This document shows positions 13,601 to 28,506 of a DNA stretch of 64,000 bases, piece after piece (the stretch's first letter is position 1; every line of letters starts with the position of its first letter). The DNA lies in assembly GCF_009914755.1 (NCBI RefSeq), contig NC_060948.1; one strand, given 5' to 3'. The position numbers were made by a program, and so were the translations under genes. The notes beneath the pieces were generated by a model. The model worked only from the letters and a program-made list of their open reading frames with translations, was not told the DNA's origin and made no database searches. The DNA comes from the human T2T-CHM13v2.0 reference genome, Homo sapiens.

Positions 13601-14232
13601 CGAATGAAATGGAATTGAAAGGAGTGGGATCGAATACAATGGAATATACTGGAATGTAATGTAATGAACTCGAATGTAATTGACTGGAATGGAATGTACA
13701 TGAATGGAATGTAATCCAATGGAAAGTAATCCAATAGAATAGAATCTAATGCAATAAAACCGACTCAGATAGAGTAGAATGTAATGGAATGGAGTGCAGT
13801 GCAATGGAATGGAATGGAATGGAATGCAATGGAATGGAATGGAATGGAATGGAATGGAATGGAATGGGATGGAATGGGATGGAATGGATAGTAATGGACT
13901 GGAGTGAAATGGACTGGAAAGGAATGGACTCAAATTGAAAGGGCTCGAAAGGAATGGAGTCAAATGGAATGGTCTGGAATGGAATGAACACGAATGTAAT
14001 GCAATCCAATAGAACGGAATCGAATGGCATGGAATATAAAGAAATGGAATCGAAGAGAATGGAAACAAATGGAATGGAATTCAATGGAATGGAATTGAAT
14101 GGAATGGGAACGAATGGAGTGAAATTGTATGCAGTAGAAGGGAATAGAATGGAATGCAAGCGAAAGGAAAGGAATGGATTGGAATGGAATGGAATTCATT
14201 GGAATGGAAGGGAATGTAGTGTAATGGACAGG
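10669..14232 (+). repeat. DYZ1 unit 4 (3,564 bp), close copy of unit 1
   Basis: AGGCCT boundaries. Shares the unit 1 diagnostic variants. Confidence 0.92.
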
Positions 14233-17200
14233 CCTGGAATAAAGTGGAATGCTACGGTCTCGAATGGAATAAAAATGTATGGAATGGAATGCAATGAAAC
14301 GGAATCGAATGTCATAGAATGTAATGGAATGCAAAAAAATGGAATCCAAAATCATTGACTGGAAAGGCTGTGTGGCGAAAGGAATTGACTCCAATGGAAT
14401 GGAATCGAATGGAATGGAAGTGAATAGAATCGAACTAAATCGAATGGAATGGAATTGATAGGAACGGAATGGAAAGGAATGCAATGATTTGGCATGGAAT
14501 GGAATCGAATGGCATCGAATGGAATGGAATGGAATGCAATGGAATGGAATGTATTAGAATGTAATGAACTTTAATGGAATGTACTCGAATGGATTCGACT
14601 GGAATGGAATGTTCTGGAAGTGAATGGACTCCAATGGAATGGATTCAAAAGGAATGGAATCGTACGGAATGGAATCTAATGGAATGGAATTAAATGGAAA
14701 TGAATCAAATTGAATAGCACGGAATTGAATTGAATGGAATGGAATGCAACGGAATCTAATGAAACGGAAAGGAAAGGAATGGAATGGAATGGAATGGGCT
14801 GGAATGGAAAGGAATCGAAACGAATGGAATGGAATCGAACTGAAGAGACTGGAATGGAATGCACTGGAATGGAAGGGAGTTTAATGGAAGGTTCCCGAAA
14901 AAAATGGAATCGAATGGAATGGAATTGAATGGAACGGAATAGAGTCGAATGGAATTGAATGGAATGGAATGGACTAGAGTGAAATGGAATCGAACCACAA
15001 GGAATGGACAGGAATAGAATGGTCTCGAATTGAATGGAATCGTATGGAATGGCATCAAACGGAATGGAATGGACAGCCACGGAATGGAATGCACTCGAAT
15101 GCAATGGAGTCGAAACTAATGGACTGGAATAGAATGGACTCGACTGGTACGGACTCCAATGGAATGGAATCGAATGGAAGGGAATCGAACGGAATGGACT
15201 CGAAGGGAAAAGACTGCAATGGAAAGGTCTCGAATGGAATGGAAATTAATGGAATGGAATGGAATCGAATGAAATGGAGTCAAAAGGAATGGAATCGAAT
15301 GGCAAGAAATCGAATGAAATGGAATCGCAAGGAATTGATGTGAACGGAACGGAATGGAATGGAATCCAAAGGAATGGAATAGAATGGAATGGAATCGAAT
15401 GGAAAGGACTCGAATGGAAATCACTCGAATAGAATGCAATTTAATAAAATAGGATCAAATGTAATGGAATGGAATGGAAAGGAATCGAAACGAAAGGAAT
15501 GGAGACAGATGGAATGGAATGGAACAGAGAGCAATGGTATAGAATGGAATGGAATCATCTGGAATGGAATTGAATGGAATGGAATAATATGAAATGGAAT
15601 GGAATGGAATGGAATGGAATGCCCTTGAATTAAATGGACTGGAATGGAATGGACTCGAACAGAGTGGAATGGAAAGTGTTGAGATAGAATGGAATGGACT
15701 CCTTTGGAATGGTGTAGTATGCAATGCAATCGACTGGCAGGGAATCAAAAGGAATGTAATGGAATGGATTGGACTGGAATGCAATGGACTCGAATAGATT
15801 GGAAACGGAATGCAAAGGAATGGAATGGAATAGTATGGAATGGAATGGAAAGGAATGGAGTGGAATACACTAGAGTGGAATGGAATGGACTGGAAAGCAA
15901 TGGACTGGAATGGAACTTTCTTGAATGGACTGGAATCAAACGGAATGGAATGCAATGCAATCAAATGGCATGGAATAAAATAGAATGAAAGAGAATCAAA
16001 TGGAATTGAATCGAATGGAATCGAATGGATTGGAAAGGAATAGAATGGAATGGAATGGAATGGACTAGAATGGAATGGATTCGAATGGAAGGCAAAGGAA
16101 TGGAATCTATTGGAATGGACTGTAATGGAATGGAATGGAAGGGATTGGAATGGACTCGAATGGAATGGACTGCAATAGAAAGGATTCGAATGGAATGAAA
16201 AAGAATTGAATGGAATAGAACAGAATGGAATCAAATCGAATGAAATGGAATGGAATAGAAAGGAATGGAATGAAATGGAATGGAAAGGATTCGAATGGAA
16301 TGCAATCGAATGGAATGGAATCGAACGGAATGGAATAAAATGGAAGAAAACTGGCAAGAAATGGAATCGAAATGAATGGAGTGTTATGGAACGGACTCAA
16401 AAGGAATTGAATGTAATAGAATGGAGTGGAGTGGACTCGAATATAATGGACTGGAATGGAATGAAATCACATGGAATGGGAACGAATGGAATGGAATGGA
16501 AAGGAATGGAATCGAATGGAAAGGAATCGAATGGAAGGGAATGAAATTGAATCAACAGGAATGGAAGGGAATAGAATAGACGGTAATGGAATGGACTCGA
16601 ATAGAATGGACACGAATGCTCAAATTGAATGGACTCGAATGGAATGGAAACGAAAGGAATGTCATCGAATGGAATTGAATCGATTGGAATGAAATCGCAT
16701 AGAATGGAGTGGAATCAAATGGAATTGAATCGAAAGGAAAGGAAGCGAATGGACTGAAATGAAATGGAATGGAATTGAATGGAAAGTAATGCAATGGAAT
16801 AGAATGGAACGAAATTTCACGGAATGGAATCAAACTGAATGGAATCAAATCAATGGAATCAAATCAAATGGAATGGAAAGGAATTGAATGGAGTAGATTG
16901 GATTGGATGGGATTGGAATGAAATGTACTGGAAAGGACTCGAATTTCATGAAACGGAATGGAATGAATTGGAACGGAATGGACTCGAATGGAATGGAATG
17001 TCATGGAATGGCATCAAATGGAATGGCATCAAATGGAATGGAATCGAATGCAATGGAATGCTATGGAATGGAATGGAATGCATTGGAATGGAATGTCCTC
17101 TAATGGAATGGATTCGAGTGGAATGGAATCGAATATAATGGAGTCGAATGAAAAGGAATTGAAAGGAGTGGGATCGAATACAATGGAATATACTGGAATG

Positions 17201-17786
17201 TAATGTAATGAACTCGAATGTAATTGACTGGAATGGTATGTACATGAATGGAATGTAATCGAATGGAAAGTAATCCAATGGAATAGAATCTAATGCAATA
17301 AAACCGACTCAGATAGAGTAGAATGTAATGGAATGGAGAGCAGTGCAATGGAATGGAATGGAATGGAATGCAATGGAATGGAATGGAATGGAATGGAATG
17401 GAATGGAATGTAATGGAATGGGATGGAATGGGATGGAATGGATAGTAATGGACTGGAGTGAAATGGACTGGAAAGGAATGGACTCAAATTGAAAGGGCTC
17501 GAAAGGAATGGAGTCAAATGGAATGGTCTGGAATGGAATGAACACGAATGTAATGCAATCCAATAGAATGGAATCGAATGGCATGGAATATAAAGAAATG
17601 GAATCGAAGAGAATGGAAACAAATGGAATGGAATTGAATGGAATGGAATTGAATGGAATGGGAACGAATGGAGTGAAATTGTATGCAGTAGAAGGGAATA
17701 GAATGGAATGCAAGCGAAAGGAAAGGAATGGATTGGAATGGAATGGAATTCATTGGAATGGAAGGGAATGTAGTGTAATGGACAGG
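14233..17786 (+). repeat. DYZ1 unit 5 (3,554 bp)
   Basis: AGGCCT boundaries. 15-bp deletion near 16060. Confidence 0.92.
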
Positions 17787-20700
17787 CCTGGAATAAAGTG
17801 GAATGCTACGGTCTCGAATGGAATAAAAATGTATGGAATGGAATGCAATGAAACGGAATCGAATGTCATAGAATGTAATGGAATGCAAAAAAATGGAATC
17901 CAAAATCATTGACTGGAAAGGCTGGGTGTCGAAAGGAATTGACTCCAATGGAATGGAATCGAATGGAATGGAAGTGAATAGAATCGAACTAAATCGAATG
18001 GAATGGAATTGATAGGAACGGAATGGAAAGGAATGCAATGATTTGGCATGGAATGGAATCGAATGGCATCGAATGGAATGGAATGGAATGCAATGGAATG
18101 GAATGTATTAGAATGTAATGAACTTTAATGGAATGTACTCGAATGGATTCGACTGGAATGGAATGTTCTGGAAGTGAATGGACTCCAATGGAATGGATTC
18201 AAAAGGAATGGAATCGTACGGAATGGAATCTAATGGAATGGAATTAAATGGAAATGAATCAAATTGAATAGCACGGAATTGAATTGAATGGAATGGAATG
18301 CAATGGAATCTAATGAAACGGAAAGGAAAGGAATGGAATGGAATGGAAAGGGCTGGAATGGAAAGGAATCGAAACGAATGGAATGGAATCGAACTGAAGA
18401 GACTGGAATGGAATGCACTGGAATGGAAGGGAGTGTAATGGAAGGTTCTCGAAAAAAATGGAATCGAATGGAATGGAATTGAATGGAACGGAATAGAGTC
18501 GAATGGAATTGAATGGAATGGAATGGACTAGAGTGAAATGGAATCGAACCACAAGGAATGGACAGGAATAGAATGGTCTCGAATTGAATGGAATCGTATG
18601 GAATGGCATCAAACGGAATGGAATGGACAGCCACGGAATGGAATGCACTCGAATGCAATGGAGTCGAAACTAATGGACTGGAATAGAATGGACTCGACTG
18701 GTACGGACTCCAATGGAATGGAATCGAATGGAAGGGAATCGAACGGAATGGACTCGAAGGGAAAAGACTGCAATGGAAAGGTCTCGAATGGAATGGAAAT
18801 TAATGGAATGGAATGGAATCGAATGAAATGGAGTCAAAAGGAATGGAATCGAATGGCAAGAAATCGAATGTAATGGAATCACAAGGAATTGATGTGAACG
18901 GAACGGAATGGAATGGAATCCAAAGGAATGGAATAGAATGGAATGGAATCGAATGGAAAGGACTCGAATGGAAAACACTCGAATAGAATGCAATTTAATA
19001 AAATAGGATCAAATGTAATGGAATGGAATGGAAAGGAATCGAAACGAAAGGAATGGAGACAGATGGAATGGAATGGAACAGAGAGCAATGGTATAGAATG
19101 GAATGGAATCATCTGGAATGGAATTGAATGGAATGGAATAATATGAAATGGAATGGAATGGAATGGAATGGAATGGAATGGAATGGAATGCCCTTGAATT
19201 AAATGGACTGGAATGGAATGGACTCGAACAGAGTGGAATGGAAAGTGTTGAGATAGAATGCAATGGACTCCTTCGGAATGGTCTAGTATGCAATGCAATC
19301 GACTGGCAGGGAATCAAAAGGAATGTAATCGAATGGATTGGACTGTAATGCAGTGGACTCGAATAGATTGGAAACGGAATGCAAAGGAATGGAATGGAAT
19401 AGTATGGAATGGAATGGAAAGGAATGGAGTGGAATAGACTAGAGTGGAATGGAATGGACTGGAAAGCAATGGACTGGAATGGAACTTTCTTGAATGGACT
19501 GGAATCAAACGGAATGGAATGCAATGCAATCAAATGGCATGTAATAAAATAGAATGAAAGAGAATCAAATGGAATTGAATCGAATGGAATCGAATGGATT
19601 GGAAAGGAATAGAATGGAATGGAATTGAATTGACTCAAATGGAATGGACTAGAATGGAATGGATTCGAATGGAAGGCAAAGGAATGGAATCTATTGGAAT
19701 GGACTGTAATGGAATGGAATGGAAGGGATTGGAATGGACTCGAATGGAATGGACTGCAATAGAAAGGATTCGAATGGAATGAAAAAGAATTGAATGGAAT
19801 AGAACAGAATGGAATCAAATCGAATGAAATGGAATGGAATAGAAAGGAATGGAATGAAATGGAATGGAAAGGATTCGAATGGAATGCAATCGAATGGAAT
19901 GGAATCGAACGGAATGGCATAAAATGGAAGAAAACTGGCAAGAAATGGAATCGAAATGAATGGAGTGTTATGGAACGGACTCAAAAGGAATTGAATGTAA
20001 TAGAATGGAGTGGAGTGGACTCGAATATAATGGACTGGAATGGAATGAAATCACATGGAATGGGAACGAATGGAATGGAATGGAAAGGAATGGAATCGAA
20101 TGGAAAGGAATCGAATGGAAGGGAATGAAATTGAATCAACAGGAATGGAAGGGAATAGAATAGACGGTAATGGAATGGACTCGAATAGAATGGACACGAA
20201 TGCTCAAATTGAATGGACTCCAATGGAATGGAAACGAAAGGAATGTCATCGAATAGAATTGAATCGACTGGAATGAAATCGCAAGAATGGAGTGGAATCA
20301 AATGGAATTGAATCGAAAGGAAAGGAAGCGAATGGACTGAAATGAAATGGAATGGAATTGAATGGAAAGTAATGCAATGGAATAGAATGGAACGAAATTT
20401 CACGGAATGGAATCAAACTGAAAGGAATCAAATCAATGGAATCTAATCAAATGGAATGGAAAGGAATTGAATGGAGTAGATTGGATTGGATGGGATTGGA
20501 GTGAAATGTACTGGAAAGGACTCGAATTTCATGAAACGGAATGGAATGAATTGGAACGGAATGGACTCGAATGGAATGGAATGTCATGGAATGGCATCAA
20601 ATGGAATGGCATCAAATGGAATGGAATCGAATGCAATGGAATGCTATGGAATGGAATGGAATGCATTGGAATGGAATGTCCTCTAATGGAATGGATTCGA

Positions 20701-21359
20701 GTGGAATGGAATCGAATATAATGGAGTCGAATGAAATGGAATTGAAAGGAATGGGATCGAATACAATGGAATATGCTGGAATGTAATGTAATGAACTCGA
20801 ATGTAATTGACTGGAATGGAATGTACATGAATGGAATGTAATCGAATGGAAAGTAATCCAATGGAATAGAATCTAATGCAATAAAATCGACTCAGATAGA
20901 GTAGAATGTAATGGAATGGAGTGCAGTACAATGGAATGGAATGGAATGCAATGGAATGGAATGGAATGGAATGGAATGGAATGGGATGGAATGGGATGGA
21001 ATGGTATGGAGTGGATAGTAATGGACTGGAGTGAAATGGACTGGAAAGGAATGGACTCAAATTGAAAGGGCTCGAAAGGAATGGAGTCAAATGGAATGGT
21101 CTGGAATGGAATGAACACGAATGTAATGCAATCCAATAGAATGGAATCGAATGGCATGGAATATAAAGAAATGGAATCGAAGAGAATGGAAACAAATGGA
21201 ATGGAATTGAATGGAATGGAATTGAATGGAATGGGAACGAATGGAGTGAAATTGTATGCAGTAGAAGGGAATAGAATGGAATGCAAGCGAAAGGAAAGGA
21301 ATGGATTGGAATGGAATGGAATTCATTGGAATGGAAGGGAATGTAGTGTAATGGACAGG
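17787..21359 (+). repeat. DYZ1 unit 6 (3,573 bp)
   Basis: AGGCCT boundaries. 1-bp deletion (GCATAG>GCAAG) near 20283 and (GGAAT)8 at 19150-19189. Confidence 0.92.
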
Positions 21360-24300
21360 CCTGGAATAAAGTGGAATGCTACGGTCTCGAATGGAATAAA
21401 AATGTATGGAATGGAATGCAATGAAACGGAATCGAATGTCATAGAATGTAATGGAATGCAAAAAAATGGAATCCAAAATCATTGACTGGAAAGGCTGGGT
21501 GTCGAAAGGAATTGACTCCAATGATATGGAATCGAATGGAATGGAAGTGAATAGAATCGAACTAAATCGAATGGAATGGAATTGATAGGAACGGAATGGA
21601 AAGGAATGCAATGAATTGGCATGGAATGGAATCGAATGGCATCGAATGGAATGGAATGGAATGCAATGGAATGGAATGTATTAGAATGTAATGAACTTTA
21701 ATGGAATGTACTCGAATGGATTCGACTGGAATGGAATGTTCTGGAAGTGAATGGACTCCAATGGAATGGATTCAAAAGGAATGGAATCGTACGGAATGGA
21801 ATCTAATGGAATGGAATTAAATGGAAATGAATCAAATTGAATAGCACGGAATTGAATTGAATGGAATGGAATGCAATGGAATCTAATGAAACGGAAAGGA
21901 AAGGAATGGAATGGAATGGAATGGGCTGGAATGGAAAGGAATCGAAACGAATGGAATGGAATCGAACTGAAGAGACTGGAATGGAATGCACTGGAATGGA
22001 AGGGAGTGTAATGGAAGGTTCTCGAAAAAAATGGAATCGAATGGAATGGAATTGAATGGAACGGAATAGAGTCGAATGGAATTGAATGGAATGGAATGGA
22101 CTAGAGTGAAATGGAATCGAACCACAAGGAATGGACAGGAATAGAATGGTCTCGAATTGAATGGAATCGTATGGAATGGCATCAAACGGAATGGAATGGA
22201 CAGCCACGGAATGGAATGCACTCGAATGCAATGGAGTCGAAACTAATGGACTGGAATAGAATGGACTCGACTGGTACGGACTCCAATGGAATGGAATCGA
22301 ATGGAAGGGAATCGAACGGAATGGACTCGAAGGGAAAAGACTGCAATGGAAAGGTCTCGAATGGAATGGAAATTAATGGAATGGAATGGAATCGAATGAA
22401 ATGGAGTCAAAAGGAATGGAATCGAATGGCAAGAAATCGAATGTAATGGAATCGCAAGGAATTGATGTGAACGGAACGGAATGGAATGGAATCCAAAGGA
22501 ATGGAATAGAATGGAATGGAATCGAATGGAAAGGACTCGAATGGAAATCACTCGAATAGAATGCAATTTAATAAAATAGGATCAAATGTAATGGAATGGA
22601 ATGGAAAGGAATCGAAACGAAAGGAATGGAGACAGATGGAATGGAATGGAACAGAGAGCAATGGTATAGAATGGAATGGAATCATCTGGAATGGAATTGA
22701 ATGGAATGGAATAATATGAAATGGAATGGAATGGAATGGAATGGAATGCCCTTGAATTAAATGGACTGGAATGGAATGGACTCGAACAGAGTGGAATGGA
22801 AAGTGTTGAGATAGAATGGAATGGACTCCTTTGGAATGGTGTAGTATGCAATGCAATCGACTGGCAGGGAATCAAAAGGAATGTAATGGAATGGATTGGA
22901 CTGGAATGCAATGGACTCGAATAGATTGGAAACGGAATGCAAAGGAATGGAATGGAATAGTATGGAATGGAATGGAAAGGAATGGAGTGGAATAGACTAG
23001 AGTGGAATGGAATGGACTGGAAAGCAATGGACTGGAATGGAACTTTCTTGAATGGACTGGAATCAAACGGAATGGAATGCAATGCAATCAAATGGCATGG
23101 AATAAAATAGAATGAAAGAGAATCAAATGGAATTGAATCGAATGGAATCGAATGGATTGGAAAGGAATAGAATGGAATGGAATGGAACTGACTCGAATGG
23201 AATGGACTAGAATGGAATGGATTCGAATGGAAGGCAAAGGAATGGAATCTATTGGAATGGACTGTAATGGAATGGAATGGAAAGGATTGGAATGGACTCG
23301 AATGGAATGGACTGCAATAGAAAGGATTCGAATGGAATGAAAAAGAATTGAATGGAATAGAACAGAATGGAATCAAATCGAATGAAATGGAATGGAATAG
23401 AAAGGAATGGAATGAAATGGAATGGAAAGGATTCGAATGGAATGCAATCGAATGGAATGGAATCGAACGGAATGGAATAAAATGGAAGAAAACTGGCAAG
23501 AAATGGAATCGAAATGAATGGAGTGTTATGGAACGGACTCAAAAGGAATTGAATGTAATAGAATGGAGTGGAGTGGACTCGAATATAATGGAATGGAATG
23601 GAATGAAATCACAAGGAATGGGAACGAATGGAATGGAATGGAAAGGAATGGAATCGAATGGAAAGGAATCGAATGGAAGGGAATGAAATTGAATCAACAG
23701 GAATGGAAGGGAATAGAATAGACGGTAATGGAATGGACTCGAATAGAATGGACACGAATGCTCAAATTGAATGGACTCGAATGGAATGGAAACGAAAGGA
23801 ATGTCATCGAATGGAATTGAATGGATTGGAATGAAATCGCATAGAAGGGAGTGGAATCAAATGGAATTGAATCGAAAGGAAAGGAAGCGAATGGACTGAA
23901 ATGAAATGGAATGGAATTGAATGGAAAGTAATGCAATGGAATAGAATGGAACGAAATTTCACGGAATGGAATCAAACTGAATGGAATCAAATCAATGGAA
24001 TCAAATCAAATGGAATGGAAAGGAATTGAATGGAGTAGATTGGATTGGATGGGATTGGAATGAAATGTACTGGAAAGGACTCGAATTTCATGAAACGGAA
24101 TGGAATGAATTGGAACGGAATGGACTCGAATGGAATGGAATGTCATGGAATGGCATCAAATGGAATGGCATCAAATGGAAAGGAATCGAATGCAATGGAA
24201 TGCTATGGAATGGAATGGAATGCATTGGAATGGAATGTCCTCTAATGGAATGGATTCGAGTGGAATGGAATCGAATATAATGGAGTCGAATGAAATGGAA

Positions 24301-24928
24301 TTGAAAGGAGTGGGATCGAATACAATGGAATATACTGGAATGTAATGTAATGAACTCGAATGTAATTGACTGGAATGGAATGTACATGAATGGAATGTAA
24401 TCGAATGGAAAGTAATCCAATGGAATAGAATCTAATGCAATAAAACCGACTCAGATAGAGTAGAATGTAATGGAATGGAGTGCAGTGCAATGGAATGGAA
24501 TGGAATGGAATGCAATGGAATGGAATGGAATGGAATGGAATGGAATGGAATGGAATGGAATGGGATGGAATGGGATGGAATGGATAGTAATGGACTGGAG
24601 TGAAATGGACTGGAAAGGAATGGACTCAAATTGAAAGGGCTCGAAAGGAATGGAGTCAAATGGAATGGTCTGGAATGGAATGAACACGAATGTAATGCAA
24701 TCCAATAGAATGGAATCGAATGGCATGGAATATAAAGAAATGGAATCGAAGAGAATGGAAACAAATGGAATGGAATTGAATGGAATGGAATTGAATGGAA
24801 TGGGAACGAATGGAGTGAAATTGTATGCAGTAGAAGGGAATAGAATGGAATGCAAGCGAAAGGAAAGGAATGGATTGGAATGGAATGGAATTCATTGGAA
24901 TGGAATGGAATGTAGTGTAATGGACAGG
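21360..24928 (+). repeat. DYZ1 unit 7 (3,569 bp)
   Basis: AGGCCT boundaries. Confidence 0.92.
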
Positions 24929-27900
24929 CCTGGAATAAAGTGGAATGCTACGGACTCGAATGGAATAAAAATGTATGGAATGGAATGCAATGAAACGGAA
25001 TCGAATGTCATAGAATGTAATGGAATGCAAAAAAATGGAATCCAAAATCATTGACTGGAAAGGCTGGGTGTCGAAAGGAATTGACTCCAATGGAATGGAA
25101 TCGAATGGAATGGAAGTGAATAGAATCGAACTAAATCGAATGGAATGGAATTGATAGGAACGGAATGGAAAGGAATGCAATGATTTGGCATGGAATGGAA
25201 TCGAACGGCATCGAATGGAATGGAATGGAATGCAATGGAATGGAATGTATTAGAATGTAATGAACTTTAATGGAATGTACTCGAATGGATTCGACTGGAA
25301 TGGAATGTTCTGGAAGTGAATGGACTCCAATGGAATGGATTCAAAAGGAATGGAATCGTACGGAATGGAATCTAATGGAATGGAATTAAATGGAAATGAA
25401 TCAAATTGAATAGCACGGAATTGAATTGAATGGAATGGAATGCAATGGAATCTAATGAAACGGAAAGGAAAGGAATGGAATGGAATGGAAAGGGCTGGAA
25501 TGGAAAGGAATCGAAACGAATGGAATGGAATCGAACTGAAGAGACTGGAATGGAATGCACTGGAATGGAAGGGAGTGTAATGGAAGGTTCTCGAAAAAAA
25601 TGGAATCGAATGGAATGGAATTGAATGGAACGGAATAGAGTCGAATGGAATTGAATGGAATGGAATGGACTAGAGTGAAATGGAATCGAACCACAAGGAA
25701 TGGACAGGAATAGAATGGTCTCGAATTGAATGGAATCGTATGGAATGGCATCAAACGGAATGGAATGGACAGCCACGGAATGGAATGCACTCGAATGCAA
25801 TGGAGTCGAAACTAATGGACTGGAATAGAATGGACTCGACTGGTACGGACTCCAATGGAATGGAATCGAATGGAAGGGAATCGAACGGAATGGACTCGAA
25901 GGGAAAAGACTGCAATGGAAAGGTCTCGAATGGAATGGAAATTAATGGAATGGAATGGAATCGAATGAAATGGAGTCAAAAGGAATGGAATCGAATGGCA
26001 AGAAATCGAATGTAATGGAATCGCAAGGAATTGATGTGAACGGAACGGAATGGAAAGGAATCCAAAGGAATGGAATAGAATGGAATGGAATCGAATGGAA
26101 AGGACTCGAATGGAAATCACTCGAATAGAATGCAATTTAATAAAATAGGATCAAATGTAATGGAATGGAATGGAAAGGAATCGAAACGAAAGGAATGGAG
26201 ACAGATGGAATGGAATGGAACAGAGAGCAATGGTATAGAATGGAATGGAATCATCTGGAATGGAATTGAATGGAATGGAATAATATGAAATGGAATGGAA
26301 TGGAATGGAATGGAATGGAATGGAATGCCCTTGAATTAAATGGACTGGAATGGAATGGACTCGAACAGAGTGGAATGGAAAGTGTTGAGATAGAATGCAA
26401 TGGACTCCTTCGGAATGGTCTAGTATGCAATGCAATCGACTGGCAGGGAATCAAAAGGAATGTAATCGAATGGATTGGACTGGAATGCAGTGGGCTCGAA
26501 TAGATTGGAAACGGAATGCAAAGGAATGGAATGGAATAGTATGGAATGGAATGGAAAGGAATGGAGTGGAATAGACTAGAGTGGAATGGAATGGACTGGA
26601 AAGCAATGGACTGGAATGGAACTTTCTTGAATGGACTGGAATCAAACGGAATGGAATGCAATGCAATCAAATGGCATGGAATAAAATAGAATGAAAGAGA
26701 ATCAAATGGAATTGAATCGAATGGAATCGAATGGATTGGAAAGGAATAGAATGGAATGGAATGGAATTGACTCAAATGGAATGGACTAGAATGGAATGGA
26801 TTCGAATGGAAGGCAAAGGAATGGAATCTATTGGAATGGACTGTAATGGAATGGAATGGAAGGGATTGGAATGGACTCGAATGGAATGGACTGCAATAGA
26901 AAGGATTCGAATGGAATGAAAAAGAATTGAATGGAATAGAACAGAATGGAATCAAATCGAATGAAATGGAATGGAATAGAAAGGAATGGAATGAAATGGA
27001 ATGGAAAGGATTCGAATGGAATGCAATCGAATGGAATGGAATCGAACGGAATGGAATAAAATGGAAGAAAACTGGCAAGAAATTGAATCGAAATGAATGG
27101 AGTGTTATGGAACGGACTCAAAAGGAATTGAATGTAATAGAATGGAGTGGAGTGGACTCGAATATAATGGACTGGAATGGAATGAAATCACATGGAATGG
27201 GAACGAATGGAATGGAATGGAAAGGAATGGAATCGAATGGAAAGGAATCCAATGGAAGGGAATGAAATTGAATCAACAGGAATGGAAGGGAATAGAATAG
27301 ACGGTAATGGAATGGACTCGAATAGAATGGACACGAATGCTCAAATTGAATGGACTCCAATGGAATGGAAACGAAAGGAATGTCATCGAATAGAATTGAA
27401 TCGATTGGAATGAAATCGCAAGAATGGAGTGGAATCAAATGGAATTGAATCGAAAGGAAAGGAAGCGAATGGACTGAAATGAAATGGAATGGAATTGAAT
27501 GGAAAGTAATGCAATGGAATAGAATGGAACGAAATTTCACGGAATGGAATCAAACTGAATGGAATCAAATCAATGGAATCTAATCAAATGGAATGGAAGG
27601 GAATTGAATGGAGTAGATTGGATTGGATGGGATTGGAGTGAAATGTACTGGAAAGGACTCGAATTTCATGAAACGGAATGGAATGAATTGGAACGGAATG
27701 GACTCGAATGGAATGGAATGTCATGGAATGGCATCAAATGGAATGGCATCAAATGGAATGGAATCGAATGCAATGGAATGCTATGGAATGGAATGGAATA
27801 CATTGGAATGGAATGTCCTCTAATGGAATGGATTCGAGTGGAATGGAATCGAATATAATGGAGTCGAATGAAATGGAATTGAAAGGAATGGGGTCGAATA

Positions 27901-28506
27901 CAATGGAATATGCTGGAATGTAATGTAATGAACTCGAATGTAATTGACTGGAATGGAATGTACATGAATGGAATGTAATCGAATGGAAAGTAATCCAATG
28001 GAATAGAATCTAATGCAATAAAATCGACTCAGATAGAGTAGAATGTAATGGAATGGAGTGCAGTACAATGGAATGGAATGGAATGCAATGGAATGGAATG
28101 GAATGGAATGGAATGGAATGGAATGGAATGGGATGGAATGGGATGGAATGGTATGGAATGGATAGTAATGGACTGGAGTGAAATGGACTGGAAAGGAATG
28201 GACTCAAATTGAAAGGGCTCGAAAGGAATGGAGTCAAATGGAATGGTCTGGAATGGAATGAACACGAATGTAATGCAATCCAATAGAATGGAATCGAATG
28301 GCATGGAATATAAAGAAATGGAATCGAAGAGAATGGAAACAAATGGAATGGAATTGAATGGAATGGAATTGAATGGAATGGGAACGAATGGAGTGAAATT
28401 GTATGCAGTAGAAGGGAATAGAATGGAATGCAAGCGAAAGGAAAGGAATGGATTGGAATGGAATGGAATTCATTGGAATGGAAGGGAATGTAGTGTAATG
28501 GACAGG
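24929..28506 (+). repeat. DYZ1 unit 8 (3,578 bp)
   Basis: AGGCCT boundaries. Same 1-bp deletion as unit 6, near 27420. Confidence 0.92.
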
